Positions 1 to 9,526 of a stretch of DNA of 64,000 bases are shown one piece after another. Position 1 is the stretch's first letter. Each line of letters begins with the position of its first letter. This stretch comes from a virus, in the IMG/VR virus record IMGVR_UViG_3300022752_000048, positions 1 through 64,000 of that record; one strand, given 5' to 3'. A model generated the notes under the pieces. That model was not told the origin of the DNA and did no database searches. It saw nothing but the letters and a program-made list of their open reading frames with translations. Position numbers and translations under genes: made by a program.

Positions 1-2724
1 AGCGGGAATTTTCTTAAGTTCAGTGGGTAAAACTTCTGTACCTTTTAATTGGCCTAATAGACCAGTAAGTTGAAGCTGTTCATCGGCTGAAACCTTTTTT
101 TCTTTAAAATATTTACTTGGATCAACACTCTGAGTAAAGAGAGCTTTGTGCTTTTCCATCAACTTTGTTTCAGTTGCTGAAATATTTAGATCTTTATACT
201 GCTGTAATTGATCTATATTTAATACACCTTCGGAGATTTTATCAAAAAAAGTCGCCCGTGCATTTTTTGCTCCAGCTAACGCGGCAGCGGTATTGGCCGT
301 AGCCCGAGTCTGTTCAGCAGCATTTTTTCTATCCGCAGATTTTACTGCATCGTCATTAGAGGCACTTCCACCAAGATTAAGGTTTGATCTAGTACCTTTT
401 ATGATATCTTCGACCATTACGCCGCTAGAACCGGCTATTCTTCTGGCCTCTGATTTTACATTTTCTATTTCTTTAGCCGACATTCCCTTTGTCGTGCCAA
501 ACTTTTCTCTAAACTCTTTTAGAGTCATCATTACTAATGCAGAAACCATGGAATCTCGTAAGTCGTCCATGGCCTTGCCAGAGAATAGACCGGCTTTTTC
601 ACGTCCTACTGATTCGAGTAATTCTCGAACAGGCAGGGGCGCATTTGTATCTATTTTTCCAGTTTTGGAGAATTTTTTTGCGTAATCTCCAAGTACCTGA
701 AAGTCTTTTGTACCGAATTTTTCCCCTAAAATATTTAATGCAACGTCTTTATCTTTAATGTCTACTTTGTCCAAAAACGCTGCTATGTTTTCGCGTGTAT
801 ACGTTTTAACCCCGATGTTTTTATTTCTTACTTCATCAGCCTGTCCATAACTACGCTGCATGCGTTCAAAGTCTACTAATTGACCACCACCCGCTTGTTG
901 CATATTTGCTACAAGCTTAGAGACCATATCAATATCACCAGTTTTCATTTGCGCGGCAACATTTGCCACGTTTTGCACAAACGCTTGGCCTAATTCACTA
1001 TTATCCATTCCAACAGCAACTGCTCGACCGAGAACTTCTTCTAGCTTTTTAATGTTTCCTTCGACAGAAACACCGCCAGAAATTCTTCCTAAAAGAGCAG
1101 CCTGCCCTAATAATTGCTGTTCGTTTCCACGACCACTAACTGCCATGCGGCGAACACGTTCAAGAGAAGCAGCATCGGAAGCTTTAATTCCTCCAGCGCC
1201 AGCACCACCAACGGCGCTTAATAAAGTCATTATAGACTCGCTTGCCTCGGTACCTACAGTTACCCCCATCCTTCCTAAAACATTTGCAAACTGCTTCTTT
1301 TCGGGAGCGCGGAGCTGTTCGGCAGTGCGAATCATCGCGCCTTCTTGGTCATATGCTGGAGCTGTAACTTCTTTTGCAGATTCTTCAAGAACGTCAAAGA
1401 AACGCCCAGATTTTGTTGCACCCATACGCGGATTAACAGAACCAAGATATTTATTAAGATTATTAATATTTACGGTTTCGTTTTGAAGAACCGCGTTTTC
1501 CATCTTGCTAATTTGCTCAGTAAGAGTTTTAGTATCAAACGCAGTTCTATTTTTAAGGTATAGATCGCCTAGCATGCCACCAAATAAATCTTTAGTCATG
1601 CTTTGGCGCATTAAGATATTATTACCTGGCGCGTTAGCTGCAACATCAGCAGCAGCGGTTAAGCCACCGGCCAAAACAGATGCAACTGCGCCACCACCAC
1701 CACCAGAAGTAAAACCTTCTAATAAGTTTTTTGGATTAAAACCTTTATCAAATATTACCGTTTTGGCAATATCTTTTAATTCTCTTTGAGTTTCGGCAAT
1801 ATCAATTGCCTGTTTATTTTCCGTCGCTAATTTATCAATCCGACCGACTAAATTAGATGTTGCGGCGGTAGAAGACAAACCGGGAGAACGTAAAACTAAA
1901 GCTTCTGCGCTATAATCTTGAAAATTTCTTAAAAATCTTTTCTGTTGGAAACCGCTCAAGCGAGCCATATTTGCATAGGTATCAGTGGCTGCGGTAGCCA
2001 TTTCTGACTGATAATTTAAATATGCATCAATACCAGAATTAATTAAAGATCCAGCAGTTTGTAATCCAAGGCCAGTCAATCCCCCACGAAGACCTTTACG
2101 AGGTTTTGTGCCAAGGTTTTCAATAACATCTCCTAAACCACCTCCGCCACCACCATCTCCTCCGCCTCCGGCTCCACCGGCACCTGATCGTGATGGATTA
2201 GATAAATTTGTGTTAAGTTTTTCAACGGCTTGAGTTAATTTATCAGTAGAGCTGGCTAATCTGTCTTGTTTTTGTATAAACAAAGCTGATTGTGGTGCGT
2301 TTGCAATTTGGCTACGATCAAACACCCCGCTTCCAAACGTGCCTTGTGTTTGCATCAATGGTCGTTGAATAACCCCCATTCCTTGATGTGATGGTGAATA
2401 TTGACTTAAATTAGAAAGCCCTGTGTTGAATCTAGCTGCCTGATTCTGAGATTGAGCATACGAAGTATTATAAATAGATGGTTTGTTTTGTTCACCAATT
2501 ACAGAATAAATAGAATGAGGCTGCCCAAATGCTGGTGAATTTGATATTTTTGATGAAGCTGTTTGCGCAGAGGTTTTAATTTGATTGGGCGGAATTACAC
2601 TATTTTGAAGCTTATTAATATTTTCAGTTTGAACAATTTGTGTGCGATTTTTTGCAGAGGCGAGCTTTGCAGCATTCTCCATATCACGCCGGACTTGATT
2701 AAAACCGCCTTTGTTCTTGCCCAT
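1..2724 (-). CDS. Tape measure protein, N-terminal part (runs off the window)
   Basis: Not in the ORF track. Manual translation from ATG 2724 (MGKNKGGFNQVRRDMENAAKL...) appears open to position 1 (...ELKKIPA), 908 codons. Ala/Gly/Gln-rich and helical, directly downstream of chaperone-like and tube genes. Confidence 0.75.
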   Translation of the reverse strand, partial: MGKNKGGFNQVRRDMENAAKLASAKNRTQIVQTENINKLQNSVIPPNQIKTSAQTASSKISNSPAFGQPHSIYSVIGEQNKPSIYNTSYAQSQNQAARFNTGLSNLSQYSPSHQGMGVIQRPLMQTQGTFGSGVFDRSQIANAPQSALFIQKQDRLASSTDKLTQAVEKLNTNLSNPSRSGAGGAGGGGDGGGGGGLGDVIENLGTKPRKGLRGGLTGLGLQTAGSLINSGIDAYLNYQSEMATAATDTYANMARLSGFQQKRFLRNFQDYSAEALVLRSPGLSSTAATSNLVGRIDKLATENKQAIDIAETQRELKDIAKTVIFDKGFNPKNLLEGFTSGGGGGAVASVLAGGLTAAADVAANAPGNNILMRQSMTKDLFGGMLGDLYLKNRTAFDTKTLTEQISKMENAVLQNETVNINNLNKYLGSVNPRMGATKSGRFFDVLEESAKEVTAPAYDQEGAMIRTAEQLRAPEKKQFANVLGRMGVTVGTEASESIMTLLSAVGGAGAGGIKASDAASLERVRRMAVSGRGNEQQLLGQAALLGRISGGVSVEGNIKKLEEVLGRAVAVGMDNSELGQAFVQNVANVAAQMKTGDIDMVSKLVANMQQAGGGQLVDFERMQRSYGQADEVRNKNIGVKTYTRENIAAFLDKVDIKDKDVALNILGEKFGTKDFQVLGDYAKKFSKTGKIDTNAPLPVRELLESVGREKAGLFSGKAMDDLRDSMVSALVMMTLKEFREKFGTTKGMSAKEIENVKSEARRIAGSSGVMVEDIIKGTRSNLNLGGSASNDDAVKSADRKNAAEQTRATANTAAALAGAKNARATFFDKISEGVLNIDQLQQYKDLNISATETKLMEKHKALFTQSVDPSKYFKEKKVSADEQLQLTGLLGQLKGTEVLPTELKKIPA

Positions 2725-2736
2725 TCATAGTCTCTT

Positions 2737-3078
2737 TTATTTATCTAAAGCTTCCATATGCTCGTTTTGAGCGGCTTCTAAACCTTCCCTTATGGCAACA
2801 ATCGGATTTAAATCAACTAAATCCCAGATTTTCTCTTTAGAAAACCACTCAGGACATTTTTCGCACAACGTAGTTAGTTCACAGATTGCTTTTGTGATCT
2901 GTTGTGTTTCAAAATCAGAATCGTTTCCTAAATTGCGCCTACTAAATTCTACCGCAATTTGTTGGCGGTCTTTTAGAGTGGGAAAAAGCTTCAAAACAAA
3001 ACTTCCCCCGTAAACTTGCCCGCTGAATTCACCTTTTACGTTTACATCAAACACAGCTTTTCCGTTTACGACTGGCAT
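2737..3078 (-). CDS. Putative tail assembly chaperone
   Basis: 113 aa, immediately upstream of the tape measure gene; FPTLKDRQQIAVEFSRRNLG...PEWF resembles myophage tail chaperones. Confidence 0.55.
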   Translation of the reverse strand: MPVVNGKAVFDVNVKGEFSGQVYGGSFVLKLFPTLKDRQQIAVEFSRRNLGNDSDFETQQITKAICELTTLCEKCPEWFSKEKIWDLVDLNPIVAIREGLEAAQNEHMEALDK

Positions 3079-3080
3079 AA

Positions 3081-3461
3081 TTATTTTCCTTTCTTTTCCA
3101 ATTCATCTAACGACCAATTTACATCATTTTCAAACATTTTGTCCATAGCGACCTGTTCTTCGTCGGAAAACTCTTGTTCAAACAAACTAGCTAATTCTTT
3201 AGCTGATTCGCGCACTATGGATGCTGAATCAACTTTTTTCTCAGGCGTAGTCAGATAATAATATTCAAAAAATAGTTCTTCAACTGTATATTCATCAAAT
3301 ATTGAAGATTTTGAGGGCACTTTATAATAATCGGCCAGCCAAAAACGGACAAAATTTACAGAATCTTCAAACGAAGAAATTTCGGCGTATTTTAACGCCG
3401 AAGCTTTTTTTCTTATTTTTTCTATATTGCTATCTATTACTAGATCGCTATCGTGAATCAT
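3081..3461 (-). CDS. Putative tail assembly chaperone partner (GT-like)
   Basis: 126 aa, acidic, FWLADYYKVP...FDEYTVEELFFEYY; adjacent to the chaperone and tape measure genes. Confidence 0.45.
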   Translation of the reverse strand: MIHDSDLVIDSNIEKIRKKASALKYAEISSFEDSVNFVRFWLADYYKVPSKSSIFDEYTVEELFFEYYYLTTPEKKVDSASIVRESAKELASLFEQEFSDEEQVAMDKMFENDVNWSLDELEKKGK

Positions 3462-4465
3462 AAAAATGAACCAGTTGAGTTTCTTAAAAATGAGCCCGCA
3501 ACTGAAGGAAACCTATTTAGGTTATTAGCAATTTTTCCAACCTTTGACACTACTCCGGTAATAGAAGCTGTGTTTACTTCTTTAAGATCGGTATCAAATC
3601 GATTGATATCTTTTTGAGTACCAAATTCTGCGTTTGCATCTAAAAGATTCCAACATTTTAAAATAATTGTATAATTAATTAAATATGGGGTGTTGGCATT
3701 TTGTTGAAACTGTGCAGATCTTGGAACACACCGGTAAGTTGTATTTGATTTATAATCAGAAAAATATAATTCCAGAGCTGAGTCTTCAGATCTCTCTCTT
3801 TGATAAATTAAAAAAAATTGCCGCAAAGCCTGAGACCACGCCCATCCGTTTGTAAATGCAGTGTTTGGAATATCAATTTTTTTGAACGGATTCATTTTTT
3901 CAAGCCAATTTTCTGTGTCCCCTGATGTCGGATTAAACAATTGAGTTAACGCCCCTTTTGAAGGGGTATTAACAGAGCTTGGCGCATCTTGGTATGGCAA
4001 TGAAGTTTCTTGCTCGGTAAAAGAGAGAGAAATCAAATCTGATACATTATTTCGCAATTGAGATAAGATTTTACCCGCAAATGTATTTGTTCTTGTAATT
4101 TCATCTAACATTTTTCTTTGATTAATTGTTAAATCTTGTTCAACCCCATTTCCCAAAAATGGACTATTAATTGATAAACCAGTAGTACCTACTAAAGTTA
4201 TCATACTAAAAACAGGTTTGTTAATTTCTTCAACAACCCCACCAATTGTGGCATGAGCCTCTGCAGTTGACATATCTTGAATAGTATAGTTTTGTGGCGG
4301 AATGGGTAGGAAAAACCGACATTGTAATTCACGATTTTTTCTAACTTCAAATACAAATGGATATGTTTTATACCAATTAGAAGGATCTATACTATAGAAC
4401 AAATAACTATTAAATCCAGTAAACCCAAGGGCACCACCGCCCTCTCCTTCAAAAGCGTTTGCCAT
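3458..4465 (-). CDS. Putative baseplate hub / tube-initiator protein
   Basis: 335 aa; FFLPIPPQNYTI...TIGGVVEE...ITLVGTTG and PYLINYTIILK resemble tube-fold hub proteins; tail-module context. Confidence 0.5.
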   Translation of the reverse strand: MANAFEGEGGGALGFTGFNSYLFYSIDPSNWYKTYPFVFEVRKNRELQCRFFLPIPPQNYTIQDMSTAEAHATIGGVVEEINKPVFSMITLVGTTGLSINSPFLGNGVEQDLTINQRKMLDEITRTNTFAGKILSQLRNNVSDLISLSFTEQETSLPYQDAPSSVNTPSKGALTQLFNPTSGDTENWLEKMNPFKKIDIPNTAFTNGWAWSQALRQFFLIYQRERSEDSALELYFSDYKSNTTYRCVPRSAQFQQNANTPYLINYTIILKCWNLLDANAEFGTQKDINRFDTDLKEVNTASITGVVSKVGKIANNLNRFPSVAGSFLRNSTGSFL

Positions 4466-4472
4466 ATAAATC

Positions 4473-5096
4473 TCACTTAAATATTGAAGAAACTTTTTTT
4501 ACTAAAGAATTCTGTGTAAATTTCTTTTTGATTAAACTATCAACGCTGTCAGCAGCGTCTTCCGGAGAATAATCTTGTTTAACGTTTTCTCGCCAATAAT
4601 ATCCAACAAAGGACGCACCTTCCACTGACATTTGCCCAGCTTGAATATTTGCTTGGATATCTGTAAACATGCCTTTTGCATAAAATTGCAAATTACCTAA
4701 TTTATCTCTAATCTCAATAGATACGTAAGGTTGATGCAAATAAGACTGAATTGTCGAGTATAAAGAATCTGATCCTAAAGATCTATTTGGGTCAACAATT
4801 CTTCTTAAGTTAGCTTTTATAGACATTTGTCCTGGAACAATCTCCCACGGTAAATATTGATCAATTGTTCTTATTTCTGTTACACTAGCTGTAACAGAAT
4901 AACTTACATCTAATGCAGCACCAATCGTTTTTCCATTAACCAAAAGTTTTGCTCTGGCACCAGAGCCGTAATTAGGAAAATTAGGAGATGGTTTACCATC
5001 AAGAAGAGCATTAGTCTCGGCTTTTCTGCGTTCATTTGCAACGTCAAGATCCCCAAGCAAAGCATTTTTAAATTGATTTTCTTGAAAGATGCCCAT
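4473..5096 (-). CDS. Tail tube-like protein (paralog 3)
   Basis: SGARAKLLVNGKTIGAALDVSYSV...EIRTIDQYLPWEIVPG aligns by eye with 5862..6515 and 6532..7065. Confidence 0.6.
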   Translation of the reverse strand: MGIFQENQFKNALLGDLDVANERRKAETNALLDGKPSPNFPNYGSGARAKLLVNGKTIGAALDVSYSVTASVTEIRTIDQYLPWEIVPGQMSIKANLRRIVDPNRSLGSDSLYSTIQSYLHQPYVSIEIRDKLGNLQFYAKGMFTDIQANIQAGQMSVEGASFVGYYWRENVKQDYSPEDAADSVDSLIKKKFTQNSLVKKVSSIFK

Positions 5097-5122
5097 ATAT
5101 ATATTGTCTCCGTATTAATAAA

Positions 5123-5131
5123 ATCGTACCA
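5123..5131 (-). promoter_or_regulatory. Extended -10-like element TGGTACGAT upstream of 4473..5096
   Basis: Matches the TGnTAnnAT pattern also seen at 18198 and 25191; followed by GGAG and the ATG. Confidence 0.35.
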
Positions 5132-5151
5132 TGTATCAAAGAGGAAAATAC

Positions 5152-5865
5152 ATGATTTACGCTGATTTTCATGACGTATATTTTAATCTTTTGGAAGAAC
5201 TTTATAGCCGACCACAATATGTTTCTGCGCCACGGGGCCAAAAGATACACGAACTTGTCGGTAAACAGTTTGTCATTAATCCTAATCTTGGGATAAAACT
5301 GGATTGGACAAAGACTGGCCTACCAGAACGCCAACCAATCTACGATAATTACTGTAAAAAAGAACTTGATTGGTATCTAAGCGGTAATCTTAGGGCAGAT
5401 TCTGCACCCGCCAAATTCTGGCAAACAATTGCCGACGAAAATGGAATTATTACTAGCAACTATGGATACCTTACCTTGTTTGCCAAGAAGTACCCCACCA
5501 GTGGGGGGGAGTGGCTTACTGGTTATGAATTTGTGGTAAAAACTCTTAAAAAGGACAGGGATAGTCGCCAAGCAATTATGCATTACGGCGAATCAAAAAA
5601 TTTTTGGGAAGGGAATAAGGATACGCCATGTTGCGCTAATAATCAGTTTATTATTCGTAATGACGAACTAGTTTGTATTATTAATTTTCGCAGTTGGGAT
5701 ATATTCTTGGGTGTGCCATACGACATTGAATTTATGCACTATCTACAAACTAAAATTGCAGATCAATTAAACGTAAAAACCGGCACTATTATTTGTAATG
5801 CCGGTAGTTTACATCTATACGAACGAGACTTCGAGAAAGCTAAAAAGGCGCTGCGGAAAGATTAA
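5152..5865 (+). CDS. Thymidylate synthase-family pyrimidine C5 (hydroxy)methylase, dCMP-type specificity residue
   Basis: DRDSRQA, DTPC (catalytic Cys), RSWDIFLGVPYD, GSLHLYE. Asp (GAC 5722-5724) sits where dUMP enzymes have Asn. Start set at ATG 5152 because GAGGA lies at 5141-5145. Confidence 0.85.
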   Translation: MIYADFHDVYFNLLEELYSRPQYVSAPRGQKIHELVGKQFVINPNLGIKLDWTKTGLPERQPIYDNYCKKELDWYLSGNLRADSAPAKFWQTIADENGIITSNYGYLTLFAKKYPTSGGEWLTGYEFVVKTLKKDRDSRQAIMHYGESKNFWEGNKDTPCCANNQFIIRNDELVCIINFRSWDIFLGVPYDIEFMHYLQTKIADQLNVKTGTIICNAGSLHLYERDFEKAKKALRKD

Positions 5866-6515
5866 AGATCATTAACCTTAACACTAGAAGCTTCAACAGG
5901 TTTACCAGCTTTTTTACGAATAGCGATAAGTCCTTGGAATTCTACCGATTCTGTGAGCAGAGCCCCAGGCGAGATACTAGCGCTAGCGCCAGAAAGTCGG
6001 CAATCTTTAATTTCCATAAACACTGTTTCGTCCCCTTGAACCCAATCCTTATCTTTCTTAACAGATGGAACTTTCATTTTGATAGTAATGTCAAACGATT
6101 TAGACAAAAGAATGGTACGAGGATCAAGATGCTTAGCAAGCTCTGAACTGCCAGTTAATGCACCAGTGCCTTGTTCGGAAGTTGTAGAATTAGCAATAAC
6201 GGCATCTTTGGCAAGACCTTTTAGGTCACCGACCTCTTCTTTCGTTCTAACTAGAGAATTTGGCATTTTGGTGGCCGCACTCACATTTTCTTTACGGACT
6301 GCCTCGGTAAGAAGGCGAATAACTTGAAAAGAACCAGTAACAGGCATCATAGCCATTGGTTCAATTGATTCTAGTTCAAATTGACCAAGAACACGAATCT
6401 CTTGAAGACTAATACCAACATTTAGGCTTAGGCCAACTGCATACGCAATTTTGGCGCTGTCAACCTCAATTGTACAGAGAGGCGCAGAAGCAAATAATGG
6501 AAGTTTGTTGGACAT
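5862..6515 (-). CDS. Tail tube-like protein (paralog 2)
   Basis: KIAYAVGLSLNV...EIRVLGQFELESIEP...IKDCRLSGASASISPGALLTESVEFQG, a tube-protein pattern. Confidence 0.65.
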   Translation of the reverse strand: MSNKLPLFASAPLCTIEVDSAKIAYAVGLSLNVGISLQEIRVLGQFELESIEPMAMMPVTGSFQVIRLLTEAVRKENVSAATKMPNSLVRTKEEVGDLKGLAKDAVIANSTTSEQGTGALTGSSELAKHLDPRTILLSKSFDITIKMKVPSVKKDKDWVQGDETVFMEIKDCRLSGASASISPGALLTESVEFQGLIAIRKKAGKPVEASSVKVNDL

Positions 6516-6531
6516 GTTATCCTCTCTTTAA

Positions 6532-7065
6532 TTAGTCAATGGCTTTTGCGATTCGGTCTTCAATCCTTCGACAAAGGAATGAAACGTTCTCTACCAAAAG
6601 CTCACCGGGAACAAAGTTAAAATTATAATTTTGAATGCGACAATCTTTTAAAACAAATAGAAGAGTTCCTTCTACTTGTCCTTCGTCTGCTTTTTTCTCG
6701 TAGACTTCAATGTCAAAAGTTGTTGACAATAAAAGTTTTTGAGGATTAAATGCGGTGTCGCTAACAATAGAGTTGCCTATAAGATCTGGCTTAGATGCTG
6801 TCTCTGCCATATTGTCAGGAAGCGTGTTTTTGTCATTTTTACGTTTTTCCAGCATATCATCGGTCCAACGCAAAATCTGCATAGAGCCACTAGCGGCAAA
6901 GCTGGTAGGCTCTAAAGCTAGTACATCGTATGCACCAACACCCATTACTGCTGTATGGGCTACGTTTCTTTGGAATGAAAGGCTTTGTGCAAATGCTACT
7001 CGAATATCACCAATTCGAATAACAAGGTTTGCGCCTGTTAAAAACGATGGAATTTGTCCAGCCAT
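6532..7065 (-). CDS. Tail tube-like protein (paralog 1)
   Basis: FLTGANLVIRIGDIRVAFAQSLSF...LKDCRIQNYNFNFVPGELLVENVSFLC; clearly homologous to 5862..6515. Confidence 0.65.
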   Translation of the reverse strand: MAGQIPSFLTGANLVIRIGDIRVAFAQSLSFQRNVAHTAVMGVGAYDVLALEPTSFAASGSMQILRWTDDMLEKRKNDKNTLPDNMAETASKPDLIGNSIVSDTAFNPQKLLLSTTFDIEVYEKKADEGQVEGTLLFVLKDCRIQNYNFNFVPGELLVENVSFLCRRIEDRIAKAID

Positions 7066-7114
7066 GACAGCTCCTAATAAGTTCTAATACATTATATTAC
7101 ATAAATCTACAGCA

Positions 7115-8224
7115 TCATTGAATTGTATAACAGCCTGACAATGCAGGAATGCCTTTTGTTCCACTACCAGTAAATGCGGTTCCGTTTGCATCTTTTGAAA
7201 ATGTCATTGTTCCGTCTGTTCCAATGATAACCCGTCCAACTGTCAAAACGCCATTGTCTTTTACAATATGCGGTAAAGTTACTGCTGCCGTTGGCCTTAA
7301 CCAAAGAGGAAGTCCGGTCAAAGTCATGGTCGTCGCGTTGCTGGTTCCTTCTAGTGCAACGTTGGAAGAAAAAACAACCATAGAGCCGACGCGTACATAT
7401 GAAAAAGAGGCAGACAGAGAAGAAGAGCAGCCTGTTAAGTTGCCTGTAAAAGTTCCTTGGCCAAAAAATGTAAGAGCTGTGTTTTGAGCATTATACGCAT
7501 AGCTCGAATCTGAAAAAGTTAAAGATTTACTTGTAATAGCGGTGGATGCTGTAATATTGGGAACAGCTAATGTGCTACTAATATTCAATGCTGAAAAATA
7601 ACCCGTTCCCCAGCTAGAAGCCAAGCTTCCGATATTATATGTATTATTTGCAGCCGGAAGAACGCTTGTGTTTATAGATCCGGTTATTGAAACGTTTGAA
7701 CTAAAAGTCGCAGTTCCACTAACTGATAAACTCGATAAACTTGTAGTTCCAGAAAGAGATATGCTTGAAGGAAAGGAAACAGATCCACTAACAATTAAAG
7801 AGTTGGCAGTTACAGCGCCCGATGATGAAATGCTACCCGCTGTAACTGTTGTTGCATTAAGAGTTGAAAAATACCCAGTTCCCCATCTAACTGAAGAACT
7901 GCCAAAATCTCTAGCGTTAGAGTCTGGAACAACAGATGAATTAATACTTCCGGTAATTGCCACAGTAGAACTAAATGTCGCCGCACTGGAAACATTCAAA
8001 ACACTCAAATTAGTAGTATTGGATATTGTATTAACAGCGCCAGAAAGTGTAATAGTGCCTGTTACGGTTAAAGATCCGCCAACTGTTAGATTACGACCAA
8101 CCGAAGCATCTTTGCCAGACGGAATTGTGAAGCCTTGGGGCAAGATGACGGCAGTGCCATCGGAGACAATTCCAATTGGCGCATTAACTGGATCTAATTT
8201 TGTTGCGCCGTATATTTTTGCCAT
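7115..8224 (-). CDS. Fibre-like virion protein
   Basis: Ser/Thr/Gly-rich shaft with two P-x5-G-x4-W repeats and a C-terminal YVRVGSMV...LTGLP..LRP head domain typical of tail fibres. Confidence 0.55.
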   Translation of the reverse strand: MAKIYGATKLDPVNAPIGIVSDGTAVILPQGFTIPSGKDASVGRNLTVGGSLTVTGTITLSGAVNTISNTTNLSVLNVSSAATFSSTVAITGSINSSVVPDSNARDFGSSSVRWGTGYFSTLNATTVTAGSISSSGAVTANSLIVSGSVSFPSSISLSGTTSLSSLSVSGTATFSSNVSITGSINTSVLPAANNTYNIGSLASSWGTGYFSALNISSTLAVPNITASTAITSKSLTFSDSSYAYNAQNTALTFFGQGTFTGNLTGCSSSLSASFSYVRVGSMVVFSSNVALEGTSNATTMTLTGLPLWLRPTAAVTLPHIVKDNGVLTVGRVIIGTDGTMTFSKDANGTAFTGSGTKGIPALSGCYTIQ

Positions 8225-8520
8225 TACACAACATCTCCAGTGCCATAAATATCACCAGAACCATAAATATCTGAATCTTCAGTATAAATGGTGCCTATAA
8301 CATTATAGTCCGCGTTTACTTGGAGATTATTAGATAAATGGACTTGATTAGCATTTAAAACAAACGGGGATGCAGATGGGTTTAATACATCGATATAATA
8401 AAAAGCATCGTCGGTATAGTCGACAATAACTATACCGGAGGTAATATCAAATTCGACGGGATCTGTGATAATCGCCGAATATCGTAATGACTGCACGCTT
8501 ACTCGTTGATAATTAGCCAT
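8224..8520 (-). CDS. Hypothetical protein (probably structural)
   Basis: 98-aa ORF coupled to 7115..8224. Confidence 0.45.
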   Translation of the reverse strand: MANYQRVSVQSLRYSAIITDPVEFDITSGIVIVDYTDDAFYYIDVLNPSASPFVLNANQVHLSNNLQVNADYNVIGTIYTEDSDIYGSGDIYGTGDVV

Positions 8521-8521
8521 A

Positions 8522-9511
8522 TTAGCTCCATTGGTTCATCCCCTCCCGCTCGTAAATAACTTCTTCAACAGAACGCTGCAAAGAAATTTCTTCAAGTTCA
8601 TGGCGAATAATCGCTTCAATAATATGATCTGGCGTAAGTCCTTTACCGCGAAAGGCTTCTTTTTGAGAATCAGTCATTTTAATTTTACCAATGCCTTCTA
8701 CTAGCTGAAAAACTTCTTCATCTGATGGTGGTAAAACTTTGATAAGTTTATTAAAACGCCCAGGTCTATTGGTTAGTTGCGGTCCAAGCTGTTTAGCAAA
8801 GTTTGTTGTGCAAAGAATCATTGTTGGAACGCGGAAAAGGCCAGCAGTACCATCGAGAAAATTTAAACACGATGGATTAAATACCGTTGAGTTCGCAACT
8901 GAATCACGCTTGCCAAAATCTTCAATAACAATAATAATTCGTTTAACATCATCGGCATATGGTTTTAAAAAAATATGAGTAAGCATATTGAAGTTGATGT
9001 CTCCATCAACCTGAACTACCGCCGTACCTTCTGTTTTAAGAGCGTGTTCGGTGAAATGACGAATTAAAGCAGATTTTCCCATACCTGGTTCAGAATATAA
9101 CAAATACGCGCGTTTATTTTTTTTAAACTTGTTCCATAATAAATCGCTTTTTTCAAAAAAATTAGAAAAAAGTTTTTTTAAATATTTACTTGTGTTTGTC
9201 TCAAAAAATTTTTCTTCCGATTTAGGGATAGCAATCATTCCATGTTCTTGATGAAGATAATGAATTCCGCAACGAATTTGATGTTTTTCTTTAAATTCTT
9301 GTAGCGCTTCTTCCTTTTTCTTTTTAGCTTCTTCTAATTTTTGTTTTTCTTCGGCATTTTCTAAATCAATAGTTTCTTCTGAAATATATTTTGACTCAAT
9401 ATCATATGAAATAATTTTGTTATCTAGAATAACAAAATTATTTTCTATTTCAACTTCTGCGCCGACGGCGAGATCTTTAACATCTTTAACAATTAATTTT
9501 TGCAATTTCAT
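8522..9511 (-). CDS. AAA+ ATPase
   Basis: Walker A variant YLLYSEPGMGKS, Walker B IIVIEDF, LNFLDG, TTN sensor 1, RPGRF arginine finger. Confidence 0.85.
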   Translation of the reverse strand: MKLQKLIVKDVKDLAVGAEVEIENNFVILDNKIISYDIESKYISEETIDLENAEEKQKLEEAKKKKEEALQEFKEKHQIRCGIHYLHQEHGMIAIPKSEEKFFETNTSKYLKKLFSNFFEKSDLLWNKFKKNKRAYLLYSEPGMGKSALIRHFTEHALKTEGTAVVQVDGDINFNMLTHIFLKPYADDVKRIIIVIEDFGKRDSVANSTVFNPSCLNFLDGTAGLFRVPTMILCTTNFAKQLGPQLTNRPGRFNKLIKVLPPSDEEVFQLVEGIGKIKMTDSQKEAFRGKGLTPDHIIEAIIRHELEEISLQRSVEEVIYEREGMNQWS

Positions 9512-9526
9512 TGAACGCCCCCTAAA

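Noticed and set aside
293-1789. + strand ORFs of 72-144 aa
   Set aside because: Antisense shadows of the tape measure frame; no SD or motifs.
5152-5865. Canonical thyA
   Set aside because: Asp at the Asn177-equivalent position and a divergent N-terminus; gene symbol withheld.
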